Assembly (NCBI GenBank): GCA_964016885.1
Contig: OZ024741.1
Location: forward strand, 284,890,001-284,954,000
Direction of reading: 5' to 3'
DNA length: 64,000 nt
Source of the DNA: Eledone cirrhosa
Taxonomy: Eukaryota
Below the pieces are notes generated by a model that searched no databases, was not told where the DNA came from, and was given only the letters and a program-made list of their open reading frames with translations. Position numbers and translations under genes: made by a program. Of the stretch, positions 13,792 through 27,674 are shown piece by piece; the stretch's first letter is position 1; every line of letters starts with the position of its first letter.

Positions 13792-14012
13792 AATGGTTTC
13801 AGATTTAGGCACAAGGCCAGCAATTTTGGTGTGGAGGGGAAAGTCGATTAAATCGACCCCAGTGCATTACTGGTACTGTATTTTATCGACCCCGTAAGGA
13901 TGAAAGGAAAAGCTAACCTCGGCGGGATTTCAACTCAGAACGTAAAGGGCCGTAATTCTGTACTACGAAGCATGGTGTCCGACGCTCTACCGATACTGCC
14001 AGTCCACTGGCC
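13792..14012 (-). mobile_element. SINE family A (long form)
   Basis: Reverse complement of the family A consensus. Confidence 0.85.
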
Positions 14013-14089
14013 TAGCGTTAGGAAATAATAATATGTATAAATTTATCTATTATTTTGTTGGTGTGTCCATGTACGTGTGTTCATCCAAA

Positions 14090-14467
14090 CAACAAAAGCG
14101 CCTTGATGGCACTTACACTCGCTAGCTTCAGCGCATTCAGAACATAAGCTGGCGACATCTGACTTTGAGAGAGATATATGCCGGCCTCCCACGCATATCT
14201 GTCGTTGTACGTAAAAGGAGAGTAAGATTTGCTGGCCACTGCCATCATGCCACCTACGAGGATATGTCCCCATTAGTGCTTTAGAAACCACAAGCAGTCA
14301 CTAATAACAGAGGGCGCAAGCTCTCCTACCCCGATGTTATCTCCAGAGATTCTGGTGTTGAAATCCAGGACTTGGCAATGGCAATGAATGACAGACCCAC
14401 GTGGATATCAATTGTTGAGTTGATTTCGGCTGAGGCCACCGGATGATGATGATCATGATGATGATGA
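14090..14467 (+). mobile_element. RTE-like LINE 3' remnant with (GAT)n tail
   Basis: FAGHC motif (TTTGCTGGCCACTGC) and a GATGAT tail. Confidence 0.5.
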
Positions 14468-15009
14468 CGCGTTTCAGTTAGTGTGTTGGGAGATGTGCAT
14501 ATGTGTTGGTGTAAGAGTGGTCTGTTAGTATAAGTGATTAGTTAAATTAGTAGCGCCATCCTCAACACCGTTATCAGACCTGTGGATGTTACTGCCACTG
14601 GCCCTCATCGCGTGGGTACAGTTTCTGTTCTTAATATTGGTGTTGGAGCCGGTATCACCTGGAGCAATATTGTGTTGTGTTTCAGCCTTGCAGCGATATC
14701 CACGGTCATGGTGTTGTGTTTGGGTCTTCTGGGTGGACTGTGATTTTATCTGCTCTGCGAGTGTTGATGATGGTTGGGGTGGCGGTGATGATGGTGGTGT
14801 TTGTGCCGGTTGTAATGTGGTTGTTGGTGGTGATGATGATGATGTTAATAGTTAAACTACCAATGTTACCCCTACTGCTGCTACCGCTGCTAGTGCTGCT
14901 ACCATTTCTACTATTTCTACTGATGGTGGTGGTGACGTTGCTCATGGTGGTGGACATCCCAGTGATGGTGGTGGCGGTGGAAGTGCTGCCCAAAATGGAG
15001 ACGATAATA

Positions 15010-15188
15010 ATCATTGTTTCTACTTTTGGCACAAGGGCAGTAATTACCCAGTACATTACTGGTACTTTATTTTATCGACCCCGTAAGGATGAAAGGCAAA
15101 GTTAACCTCGACGGGATTTGAACTCAGACCGTAAAGGGACGTAAATATGCTAGAAAGCATGGTGTACAACCCTCTACCGATACTGCAA
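15010..15188 (-). mobile_element. SINE family A
   Basis: Consensus match. Confidence 0.8.
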
Positions 15189-15376
15189 TAAAATGCATCC
15201 GTTGAACTTCATAATGATCGGGATCAGCCCATAGACCTCAAGGATACCGTAATGATTGTCGATGGAGGTTGTTGATGTTGTCAACACTAATAACAACACA
15301 CCCATAAAGACTTCCATCACATCCATACAAAGAACCCCACCTGACCGCCACGGACAAATAACTAGCAACATTGACG

Positions 15377-16295
15377 GTGCCAGGCGCTCACTTCCCTCTA
15401 GTAGACGGGCAATGCGGTCAGTGGAACTACCACTCTCAAGTTCTATAGAGTATTAATGGTGGGCAAATGAGAGGAAGCACTCGGAGAGGCTCTGGACGTC
15501 GAAGAAATCGGACTGACCAGTCTGTTCCGGAGGACCTTTGAACCGGGGACGGTAGATAACTTCCAGAAATCCCTTGCATGTCAGTGCTGCCGAGGGGCAC
15601 TGCCGGTTCGAGATAAACTCTACAGGCATGGAAGTGTTGTCAGACGAACGTGCCCGAGATGTGCACAGAGCGACGAAACCGTTCTGCACGAACTCGTCCA
15701 GTGTCCGTGCCTTACTGACTTGTGGAGTTATGTCGAACAGCTGTTGTCGCGTGTAGAATGGATACGGCTATCGGCCGAGCACATAGTGAAAATCGACCCA
15801 CCGCCTTCTTTTAGCCAGGAAGGGCAAGCAATTTCCTCTGTCTGGTGGCAGTAGCAAAAGAGTTTGTATGATGGACCTGGTTGAAAGGACTGAAGACAGA
15901 CACTTTTCTCTTCGGCCAATCCCTCATCAACGTTTTCAAATTTCCCTTGGAAAGGAAGGTGAAGGTGGAGAGAGAGGTGCTAACACCCCCGCTCCCAGTA
16001 CATTTGCTAAAAGTTGGGTGAATGTGACAAGAATGTCTCATGTGAATGGACCAACTCTGAGCACGCGCCTGTAGGCTGTTAGTTTGAGGAGAAGGTGCTT
16101 TTCCCGGGTGCCTTCGAAGTGTCGAGTGGTTCAGGATTAGTGGGGTACCTGAGTTAACCCTGGGTGGTTATTCCCCGCCTATCATTATTTATATTGTTTA
16201 CACGTATTTATGTAAAAAAACCCAGTCCCTGTCTTTTGTATTGTCCCCTATATGTCTGCTCTCATGGCCAATAAAGAAATTATTATTATTATTAT
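15377..16295 (+). mobile_element. Tx1/L1-clade LINE 3' fragment ending in (ATT)n
   Basis: Colinear with 35600-36566 and 47970-48905; ends AATAAAGAA-(ATT)n. Confidence 0.8.
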
Positions 16296-16851
16296 TTATC
16301 TTTTACCCGTTACCACTACAGTTCCTTATTTTCTTATTTTCTTTTTCTTTACTTTTTTATTTTTTTCTCCATTTATACTTTATATATATATATTTTCCTT
16401 TTTATTTTCTATAGTTTTTTTTTTTAAATCTTTTTATTCTTTATCCTTCACCCTTTAAATGTAAACCTACTGTTATTCTTTTAACAACTCCAAAACAAAA
16501 CAACAAAAACATTAATAGGTGTATAGAAAAAGACTCCGGGAACTCTGTCAGTAGTTTAGAGGTGTCTTTACACACAAATTCGCATATCGAAAAAGTGTCG
16601 AGCCCCGTCATTTTGATTCTACTCTAAACTGATCGATATCGAAACAATTGTAATATGCCAATAAAGTTTGTACATATGCTGCAACACCGATTTCGATTCT
16701 ATTTATTATGTTTACACTCTGCTGACTACAGCCGCCTTAACTTTAGAATACAACCCACACGAGGCGGACCTCGAAACAGCAATGAGTGCTTCAAACGGTG
16801 CGCCGCCTTTAACTGTAGTTACATGCTTAACACACACACACACACACACAC

Positions 16852-16896
<45 letters not shown>

Positions 16897-16899
<3 letters not shown>

Positions 16900-17294
16900 G
16901 AGGACAATCCCCAAAATAAGGTCTCCTTCTGATATTCCAACTTTTCCGTTAAAATCCTGTGGATGGTGCTTCGGCAAACCTCAGGAACCAAAATGCTGAG
17001 AGCATCCAGAGTGTTCCGCCGATCTTTATGCATGTTTTCCTCGGAAGGAGACCTTACTTTTGGGATTGCCCTCGTATATAATAACTCCGCGAAATTCGCA
17101 CTTGGCGGTAGCGTTCAACGAGAGCTCCATTCTCAACGGCTGCCAAGCCAAGATTGAGCATCCCAGCGAAGCGCGCGCTTGCTTGTTTGGGAGTGAAGGA
17201 AGCACCAATCATAACAGTGTTGCCAACAGCCGTACGAACAGTTTCTCTGCGCCCCCATCGCTTTGGAGACCTTACTTTTGGGATTACCCTCGAA
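16897..17294 (-). mobile_element. Mariner-derived remnant with TIRs at 16897-16926, 17047-17076 and 17265-17294
   Basis: TACGAGG..CCCAAAA.TAAGGTCTCC terminal repeats in TA context; internal DRRNTLDAL..RSTIHRILTEKLEYQK resembles the second HTH of mariner transposase. Confidence 0.75.
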
Positions 17295-17329
17295 TATATA
17301 TATATATACATGTAAGTATGTATATATAT

Positions 17330-17738
17330 AATGATTTTTAGTATAGGCACAAGGCCAGTTATTTAGGGGGAGTTGAAAGTCGATTAAATCGATCCCAGTA
17401 CGTTACTGGTACTTTTTTATCGACCCCGTAAGGATGAAAGTCAAAGTTATCCTCGGCGGGATTTGAACTCATACCGTAAAGGGCAGTAACTCTATGCTGC
17501 AAATCATGGCGTCCGACGCTCTACCGATACTGCCAATCCACCGCCTTAAATAATTGTTTCTACTTTAGGCACAAGCCCAGCAAATACTCAGTGCATTACT
17601 GGTACTTTATTTTATCGACCCGTAAGGATGAAAGGCAAAGTAAACCTCGGTGGGATTTGAACTCAGACCGTAAAGGGACGTAACTATGCTGGAAAGCATA
17701 GCGTCCGACTCTCTACCGATACTGCCAATCCACCGCCC
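17330..17738 (-). mobile_element. Two tandem SINE family A copies (a further partial copy at 18028-18125)
   Basis: Consensus matches at 17330-17547 and 17550-17738. Confidence 0.85.
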
Positions 17739-19438
17739 TAAATAATGAATGCAGAGATTGTGAAGGAATGTACGATATTTTTAGTAGTCATACACGTTTT
17801 TGAACAAATGAAATATGAAGAATGTGGTAAATAGAAGAATATCACTAAGCTACATAATAGTATATAGGAGTAAATGAATATGCTAAAATATTAACATGAA
17901 TGGATTAAACCACCTTAACAAATAATTTACACCTCTTTTGTGTCCTCAGAAACACTAAAGAATATACATAAATTTAGGATAAGGACATCTTAAGAAAAGC
18001 ATTCGAATCTCACTAAAGCATTATGATAATTGTTTCTACTTTTGGCACAAGACCAGCAATTACCCAGTACATTACTGGTACTTTATTTTATCGACCCCGT
18101 AAGGATGAAAGGCAAAGTTGACCTCGTGTACGAACGATTCGGAGGAAATAATACAAAACCGTCCGATTCGTTAATAGTTCCACCGGTAATTGTTTATCAA
18201 CTCTGAAAGAATGAAAGGCAAAATTGACGTCAGCAGGATTTAAACTCAGAGCAAAGAGAGCTGAAATAATTACCGAGCGACATAATCGGGCGCTTTAACA
18301 ACTTTGACATCATATCATAATGGAAAGCTCAAGTAATGTTTTAGAATAGAAAAATACTGGTTTCATCTCAATGTTTAGTCGATGAAATATTTCCTGGAAA
18401 GACTTTATGAAAATACAATACTTGTCTTTCACTGATAAACATGAACTATGCCTTCTCTTATTGCAGCCCTTTAAGTAATTTCAATACCCACTGAGTTAAT
18501 AGTATTCATTAGGATAGAATTTTGTATTACAGTAAGGCTTTACTCAGCAGTATTAGTGATATAAATGAAGAAAAAATGGCTACAACTGAGAATCAATCCC
18601 AAATCGCAGTGTGATGTGAACAGCAATTAAGCCTTTATTATCCAGACAATATTGCATGGCAGAATGCCAATTGTATGTATAATTACAGTAATATCAGTTA
18701 TAATATCGTTTATAAAACCAGCTGTGTAGCCGGCAACAATACAGATTTAATTATAGCATATAATTTATTTAAGGAATAGGCCTATTAAAACAACTGATTG
18801 TCAATAAGTATTAGTTTTAAGTTAGTTATGGGACCAGCAACAATGTTATTTACTTTAGGGGCCGTTCCAGACCTGTATGATTGATGCAGTTAATGTCCAG
18901 TTTGAACTTTCGTAGCTCATTGTCTTTACAAAAAACGCAATGGAAGTGAGTTCCAGAGAATGGTACTTCTGTGTAATGGGGATTAGGGAGAAAATGATTC
19001 TAACGTGGTCTAGTAGGCGAGATGGAATACGAATCATTGCGTGCTTACTTGTGCATTTCTCGCAGATTCGTTTGAAAAATCTGTGTTGTTTGTATCGATA
19101 TGAATTTATAATATACTTCAGATGCTTCGAGCCGAATAAGATATGTAATTGAACTAAGTACCACCATAAGCACTAAAACTTATGCAAATTAGTAGGTTCA
19201 GCTATCTAGTTTTGCCATATATGATGTGTGCATAAAGCCTTTGGTTGCGTAATTCTTCTTGGATCGTGAAAAATAGAGACGGTTTCTGGTGAAGCCTCAA
19301 TAAAGACTGATACCCCAGTCCAGCCTTTTCATTATACAGGGAAATACTTAAATAAAACATGTTTACTTGCTTAAATAGATAAAAAATATGTTTACATACA
19401 TGTTTCTCGTAGTTTCGGTTTACGTCTACCGTTTGTAC

Positions 19439-19469
<31 letters not shown>

Positions 19470-19538
19470 TGTATGTATGTATGTATGTATGTATGTATGT
19501 ATGTATGTATGTATGTATGTATGTATGTATGTATGTAT

Positions 19539-21231
19539 GATCGTGGTACTTTACAAAAGAATGGGAGCCAAAGATGAGTGTGGCAACTACAGAGGTATTT
19601 CACTGCTATCTGTGGCTGGGAAGATCTTGTGCAGGATATTGCCGGACAGATTGATACAGCACATTGCTGTTGCGGTACAATGTGGCTTTACGAATGGTAG
19701 AAGCACTGTTGACATGGGTTCCTCGGCTAAACAACTTCAAGAGAAATGCATTGAGCAGCGCATGGACTTATACCATGTTTTTGTCGATCTTACCAAGGCA
19801 TTTGACATTGTAAATCGGAAGGCTTTGTGGGTTATTTTGGAGAGATTGGGCTGTCCTGAAAAGTTTGTGAACATACTCAAGCTCTTCCCCGATGACATGC
19901 AGGCATGGGTAAAAATCGGAGGTAAACTGTCTGAGCCAATTTCTGTTGAAAAGGGTGTCAAGAAAGGTGATATACCTGCACCAACTTTGTTTGCCTTGTA
20001 TTTCGCAATAGTGTTCTTCATAGCCTTCAAGGTTTGTCAACACGGTATCTATCTCAGATATCGCACTTCCGGCAAGCTGTTCAACTTCAGGCGTCTCACT
20101 GCCAGCACTAAGGTACGGAGTAACTTCATCAGAGAATTTCTGTATGCAGATGATTGTGATCTCTTTGCACAAGCCCAGAGTGACATGCAACACTTTATGA
20201 ATTCTTTTTCCAGTGCCTGCAGTGCTTTTGACTGACAATCAGTCTGAAGAAGACTGTCGTGAGGTACCAACCTGCTCCAGATAAAGTTTTCAAGTATATA
20301 TGTATACGGTCAAAATCTGAAGGCTGCTGACAGATTTGTGTACTTGGGGAGAAGTTAGTCTGCGTGTTAGTAAAGCAAGTGAGTCATTTGGAAAGCCCAG
20401 CGACCGTCTTTGGTGCAGTCTAATAATCACAATGAAGACCAATGTGAAAGTGTATGCCGAATGTGTACTGTCAGCATTGCATGTAAGACATGGATTGTCT
20501 ACAACGGCATATCAAAAGACTGGGTCTCAAATGTTCGGTATGAAATGACAGATGCATGTGAGTGATGTTGAGGTCCTTGAGAGAAGTGAGTGTTGGAGCA
20601 TTGAAAGTAACATCCACCAAAGCCATTTGCGATGGACTTGACACCTCTGCAGAATGGAGAATGATCGAATCCCGACACAACTTTTGTATGGTGAGTTTTG
20701 TAAAGGTAAAGGACCACCTCACAAACCAAAGCTCCGATTCAAGGATTGTGTAAAGGACTCTGTAAAAAACTGGTTTGATGGTGGCTGACTGAGAGATAGA
20801 AGCACTTGAAAGAGAAACTTGGCATGGAATGGTGAATGACGGGGTCCATCATTTTGAGGACTGACGCATGGAGCACGAAAAGATCAAACGGGATGTGTGT
20901 AAGCAATGCCATGGTGTATCTCTCGAAACGATCGGTGTCTTCATTGAATTTGTGTGCCCTGAGTGTGGAAAGATTTGCTTGAGCAAATCTGGCCCCAGGA
21001 GCCACAGTCGTAGCCATGTTCAAAGAGAACCAGTGAACTATGATCTCCACGGTATTGTGAAGGTTCACAGGCAACCTGATTCAAAACCTGAGGCCAGGGA
21101 GATTCATAGTTGTCGTCAATGTGAGAAGGAGTGCAAGTTTCTAGCAGGCTTGAAAAGCCATATCCGAGCGTCACTCAACTGAATCGGATAAGCGATTGCA
21201 AAACATCTTAGCAGAGTTTGCAGCCATCATC
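19539..21231 (+). mobile_element. RTE-clade LINE, 5'-truncated and decayed (RT plus C-terminal C2H2 fingers)
   Basis: NYRGISLLS, QCGF, FVDLTKAFD, GVKKGD, LYADD; CPEC..H..H and CRQC..H. Flanked by (ATGT)n. Confidence 0.92.
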
Positions 21232-22369
21232 TATTTAAAAATGTATGTATTTATGTATGTATGTATTTATATATGCATGTATTATGTATAACGTGTGTGT
21301 GCTTGCGTGTGTGTCTATGTGTGGTAAACAATTTCAATAGAAATATGTTTGTTTTTGTAACTAGAGTCTTTGTGCTCGTACTTCTGTACTCAGTGTTTGT
21401 CTGCTTCTCTCCATCTCATTCTCTCTCTCTGACTCCTTCTCTGTCTCTCTCTCTCTCTCTCTTCCTTCTCTCCCTCTATCATCATCTATCTAACTATTTA
21501 CTACGATATATCTCTCTGCACCACACAGTGTCCAATACCAGTTCTACTATCAATCACTGTAATAGTTATTGAACATCCACTATCGCAGTAAATCAGAATA
21601 GCCGGACAGTATAGTTGACTGGATAGCACATCATACCACATTGGTTTACCTAGAATGGAAGACAGAGGGGTTTTGACGGGATTCATTATGGAGAAATATT
21701 ATTTGAAATGTGTTTTTGTGTTATTCTTACTGTTATTGCTGCTTATCTAGTTTCCATTGTTGTTATTATTGTGATTATTCTAATTTGTGTGGTTGCTATT
21801 GTTGTTGCGGATGTTATTGCTGATGTAAATGGTTATACTGGTGCCGTTGCTACTGTAGTTGTTATTACTGCTGTAGTTATTGTTATTTTCGACATTTGCG
21901 CTGTTTATTGCTATTTTACTGTTATATTTGTTTGTTTTGCTAGTGCTGCAAATTGCCATGATTACTGCGATAGTCGTAATGATGATGGTTTTGGCGTTGA
22001 TAGTTTTAATGCTTATGATATTTGAAACGTCTTTTGTTATGTCTTGAGGAAGGGACTATGCTCAGGGTCTTCACAAATGCTTTGAAATCGGTCTAGATTG
22101 ACGCATTAACTTATACTTTCACACAGAAACACACATACACACACACACACATATATATATATATATGTATGTATGCATGTTTGTATAACTATGTGTCTTT
22201 GTATGAGTGTGCTGGGTCGGCTCGACCATTAAGCAAATAAGGCATCGGCACTAGGCACATTACTGAAGTTTAAACTTTTATGCAAAAGTATATAATTAGC
22301 TTAGATATATCAAAAATTCAAAATTCAGGGCCTTTTCACTTCTGTTGGAGGAACCATTCCTGGTTGACT

Positions 22370-22745
22370 GCTTTCTCTTTCTGGCCATATAGAGCCGGGT
22401 CAGATCATCGAGCCTTTGGCCACCACCTGACCCTTGGCCGTTCACTGGTTCATCTTCGCTGCCTTGTTGTCAAATGTGTCACTCTAATAGTCCACCTGTT
22501 GTCTCTGAATTCAGAGACGTGGTCAGCCTATCTTTGTTAGCTCTTCTTAATGGTTTTGATTATAATCTCTACGCCAATCTGCTGTCGAATCCAGGTGTTA
22601 CTCTTCCAGTCATGTAAGGTGATTCCGGGCATGATTCGCTTCATCTTACGTTGGGCTACTGTAGGAGTCTCTGCGGTAGTGATGTTGAGTACCCACGTCT
22701 CACCTCCATACGAGATCACTGGCAAAATTAATCGCTAAACAGCTT
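22370..22745 (-). mobile_element. RTE LINE 3' fragment
   Basis: YGGETW..VAQRKMKRIM.GITLHD..SNTWIRQQ. Confidence 0.75.
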
Positions 22746-23024
22746 TCTTTTGGTTTCGCAGCACTGGCTTTCGTTTCAGCCACTCACACACACACACACA
22801 CATATATATAATGTTTAATATATAAATTGCTTCTACAGGACTAGAACTGTTTCATTCAAATTATATATTAAACATGTTTACACTCTATTAATGTATTAAG
22901 TGCCTTACCGCCGATTGAACCCGCACACACACATATGTAGTGAAACAGTGCTTCCACCGTATTTTTGACTAAGTAAATTAGCCTAATAATTGGAGTTATA
23001 AAAACCCACAGAATAGAAAAATGA

Positions 23025-23381
23025 GATGAGCATTGACTTATATGTGACACGAACCCAGATCTTTGGCTATCATGACCAATGTGCTAACCATTACACCAAC
23101 ACGTCACCCACCATCAATTCCATTCAATTTGAAGCTATATAATCATAGCGTATGAATACATACATATATATATTAGATACAAAGCTTAGCTTTGTTTATT
23201 AATTTTCAAATTCTCCGCTGTTTGTAACCGCGTATGAATACATATATGGTTATATAGCTATAATTATATAGCTTCAAATTGAATGGAATTGAGGGTAGGT
23301 GACGTATTGGTGTAATGGTTAGTACAGTGGTCATGATAGCCAAATATGTAGGTTTGTGTCCCATGTACGTCAATGCTCATC
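23025..23381. repeat. Diverged inverted repeat (23025-23149 / 23257-23381); each arm carries a tRNA-like cassette
   Basis: A-box TGGTGTAATGG, B-box-like GGTTCGTGTC, acceptor-like GACGTA..TACGTC, and a downstream oligo-T. Confidence 0.65.
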
Positions 23382-23399
23382 CCTTTTTTTCCATGGTTT

Positions 23400-23645
23400 G
23401 CGCACAAACCAAGCAAACATCACAAAAACGAGATGGTGTAAGATAGAACAAAGGAGACACAAAATAAAAACCCTGTCCCTGAGGAGGCCACAGAATGTGT
23501 GATGAAAAAGCTTTGACAATATATAAACAACCATCCAGTTATCCAACCAACCAACTAACCAACCGGAAATTTATAATAAATTGAAGTGAAAACCAACAGG
23601 TGAGTGTGTTGTTATTGGCAACTGACCCTCCCAAAATATAACAAT
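23400..23645 (+). mobile_element. PLE pseudo-LTR (family of 9483-10250) with hammerhead motif at 23475-23517
   Basis: GTCC-CTGAGGA-G-GCCACA gaatg TGTGAT-GAAA-AAGC-TT-TGAC; ends at (TA)n at the same point as 10250. Confidence 0.75.
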
Positions 23646-23652
23646 ATATATA

Positions 23653-23837
23653 TATGAAGTGGTGCTGAAAAGTTCCTGGCTTTAAGGGTATCGTGAAAAT
23701 CTAGAACTGTTATCCTTACATGGACGGTAGGACTGCTGCAATAAGTGTGTGGATTTGAGAGGGAAATATGTTGAATAATATCATAATTAACTATCCTTTT
23801 ACTCAAATCCAGGAACTTTTCAGCACCCTCTCTCATA
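23653..23837. mobile_element. Mariner-type MITE
   Basis: TIR GGTGCTGAAAAGTTCCTGG / CCAGGAACTTTTCAGCACC, TA-flanked. Confidence 0.75.
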
Positions 23838-23891
23838 CATATGCACATACACATATATATATGTATATATATATCCACACACACACACGCG

Positions 23892-23963
<72 letters not shown>

Positions 23964-23969
23964 TATATA

Positions 23970-24100
23970 TAAGGAAATTAAATCGAAAAGCAACTGGAGT
24001 CTTTTTAAGAATATTTATTTGTTTCCTTTAGATGTTTCACAGTTCTTATGCTTTTCAAAAGTAGAATTGAGATGGAAGGTTTGTGGTTTTTCTCGCATCT
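23970..24100 (-). mobile_element. Single arm of the 11677-12024 family with a decayed hammerhead
   Basis: Minus strand CTT-TTGAAAA-GCAT aagaa CTGT-GAAA-CATC-TA-AAG. Confidence 0.7.
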
Positions 24101-24540
24101 TAATTCTATGAGATGTCTTCAAAATGTCTTTAATTAAACATACGGTATATTGCCAAATATACTATATATACATTCATGTATACATCGCTATTTCAGGGCA
24201 CTAATCCTAATTTTTTATTTTTGCTGGACCGGCAATCGCTCTGTATCATCAGTTCCTGATTATTACTGGAATTCTATAAGAATCCAGCCTCTATAATTTT
24301 CGGCAGAGGCGGGAAGTACGTTGCTCTGAGGATCACCACAGTGTGAAACAGAATCTGTCAGCTTCTCCCTCTTCCTTTGCCGAAAAAATAATTAAGTGAC
24401 ATAGTCACTACTTTTAAATGATAGCGCAAGGTCTTCAAAATGTTTTTAATTAAACATACGGTATATTGCCAAATATACTATACATACATTCATGTATACA
24501 TCGCTATTTCAGAGCACCAATCCTAATTTATATATATATA

Positions 24541-24601
24541 TAGGAAAAAGTATGACCCCGACAGCAGAGCTCAAGCCGTTTCGACGGGTATTTCTGGACT
24601 A
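24541..24601 (-). mobile_element. Family F solo arm
   Basis: TAGG..GACCCCGACAGCAGAGCTCAAGCCGTTTCGAC between TA tracts. Confidence 0.75.
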
Positions 24602-24617
24602 TTTATATATACATATA

Positions 24618-24748
<131 letters not shown>

Positions 24749-25775
24749 GTGTGTGTGTGTGATAACCACTGTCACAGATTGATGAAGCAAATGTACCTTC
24801 CTTATTTTGACGGTGATTGTAACAGGACAAGATTATTATTTCGGAAATTATATAGGTTGTTTTCTTGTATTTATGTTTGCATCTATTTGTACGTATGTAT
24901 ATTTTTGGTTGGATATCAATATAACTGTACCTCTCTATATATAGTGTGGATATATGTACTTTGTAATATATGAAATTTATGTGTTTTAACTATGCCAACA
25001 TGTATTTATCTGAGTTTGATTATTTATACATAAACATACTTGATATTATTTTAGAGCGTAGCATATGCTGTATTATACTAAGTGCAATTTACGACACCGT
25101 ACTATATTGTGTTGGTTATGTTGTATATTATCGCATTACTTTGCCTTTCATCCTTACGGGGTCGATAAAATAAAGTACCAGTAATACACTGGATAATTGC
25201 TGGCCTTGTGCCAAAAGTAGAAACAATTATCTTATTATAATTTTCATCTTTTAATATACTATCTTTCCTAGCCATAAGCTTAATTTATATTCACCTAAAA
25301 ACTCAATACAACACTAATTACCATTTAAATTACATTCCTTTTAAACTTCACTATACCAGATACATTCAACTATCAGTTTGACAATCCCTGTCGCCCTAAT
25401 AGATTTTTATGCCAATTCTACTATTAACACCATTCAACCATTCCTTTCAAAGGGTCATGACCTCAACTAAAGTGTATTACTTTTCATCTTAACACCATAT
25501 GAAAAAAACAATTTGATTGGTTAGTTCTTCAACTATCTTCACATAAGGACATGACACTAACATACTACTAATTCTGAATAAAATTTTTATTATTGCTTTT
25601 GAAAACAGCTGGTGATATGCATGTAAGTAAATATTCTCTATATCTGATATTTTGTAACTAACCTTACATAGATCAATAACGGATTATAGCTACAATGTAT
25701 TATAATCACCTAGAAACGATCGTAAAGCAGTGAAGTATATCTCTAATGACTTGACTTTTTACTTCATTGTTTTAA

Positions 25776-25837
<62 letters not shown>

Positions 25838-25916
25838 CACAGAGAGAGATATATAAATATATATATATATTTATATATAACTCTTCGTATTATTAATTTT
25901 TCTTAATATTAATCAA

Positions 25917-25960
25917 CATTTAAAAAGATGGCTTTTGCAGACCCATCGAAACCGGTCATT
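25917..25960 (+). ncRNA. Degenerate hammerhead-like motif in a (TA)n-flanked insert (25875-26110)
   Basis: TTAAAAA-GATGG..CCATC-GAAA-CCGG-TC; the core looks like TTGAAAA with G5 mutated. Confidence 0.45.
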
Positions 25961-26109
25961 TTTTATATCCTTTATTATTTCCTTACCTTATAAAATTATA
26001 TGTTTTTTCACAAAAAAGTATTCTGTCTCTTATATATTCCATGTGCCATTACCAACCTCAATTTTCTCTATAACCTTCGTTTTGTGTAGAAAATTACACT
26101 TTTCATAGA

Positions 26110-26612
<503 letters not shown>

Positions 26613-26904
26613 GTGTGTGTGTGTATATATATATCCGTGTGTATATATATATGTGTGTGTGTGAGAATATGTATGTGTGTGTATGCGTATGTGTGCGTGT
26701 GTTTAAAATAAGAGTGACTATTAAAGCAACAGCAGTAGTAAGAGTAAGAAATGGTAACAGTAAGAATTACATCAGCAAATACGAGTTTATTTTACGTCTT
26801 AGTCAGACTATGAATGCCAACGCCCATGCTGTTAGATCTGGGGCTCCTGAACAAAAATGGAGGGAGGAGGAATGGAAGAACCCATGACTCATCAGTATTA
26901 TTAT

Positions 26905-27385
26905 GGAGTCGATAAAATAAAGTACCAGTAACGTACTGTTGTCGATGAAATCGACTTTCCCCTCCCCCCAAATTATTGGCCTTGTGCCTATACGAGAAAT
27001 CATGTGGATTGGTAATATCGGTAGGCCATGCTTTGACGCATAGAGTTACGCTCCTTGCCATTCTGAGTTCAAATCCCGTCGAGGTTAACTTTGCCTTTCA
27101 TCCTTACAGGGTCGATAAAATAAAGTACCAGTAATGTACTGGGTAATTACTGGCTTTGTGCCAAAAGTAGAAACAATTATTATTATCATTCGGAAGGTGA
27201 ATTGGCAGAATCAGTAGAAGGTCGGACGCCATGCTTTGCAGCATAGAGTTACGACCCCTTACATTCCGAATTCAAATCCCACCGAGGTTAACTTTGCCTT
27301 TCATCCTTACGGGGTCGATAAAATAAAGCACCAGTAATGCACTAGGATAATTGCTGGCCTTGTGCCAAAAGTAGAAACAATTATT
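26905..27385 (+). mobile_element. Cluster of three SINE family A copies
   Basis: Partial copy 26905-27000; full copies 27003-27180 and 27195-27385. Confidence 0.85.
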
Positions 27386-27674
27386 ATCATTATTGCTCTA
27401 GTTTGATTCAGACTTCTTGTCGGCTCCTGTAATTTGTTGTTTTTCAAACAAAACCCATTTTGCTTAAATTTTTGAATATTTCTGCGTTTAATGCAACCAA
27501 TTTCCGATGGAAGTAGTCGTTTTCACTTATGTTTAGTCCCTCAAGGGCTTGAGTTGCATTTGTTTTGTGGTTTCAGTCCCCCAACTTTTAAAAGAATCAT
27601 GGTGGATACCGAAGTTTCTTCTCCTAGGAAGGGATTCAATATGTATGAGAGAAACAAGAACATCTAATACCTTC

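Noticed and set aside
18860-19000. Minus-strand RSTILWNSLP, resembling a CR1/L2 3' end
   Set aside because: A single short motif; too weak to list as a feature.
23301-23372. Functional tRNA gene
   Set aside because: Anticodon loop and T arm are degenerate; treated as tRNA-derived.
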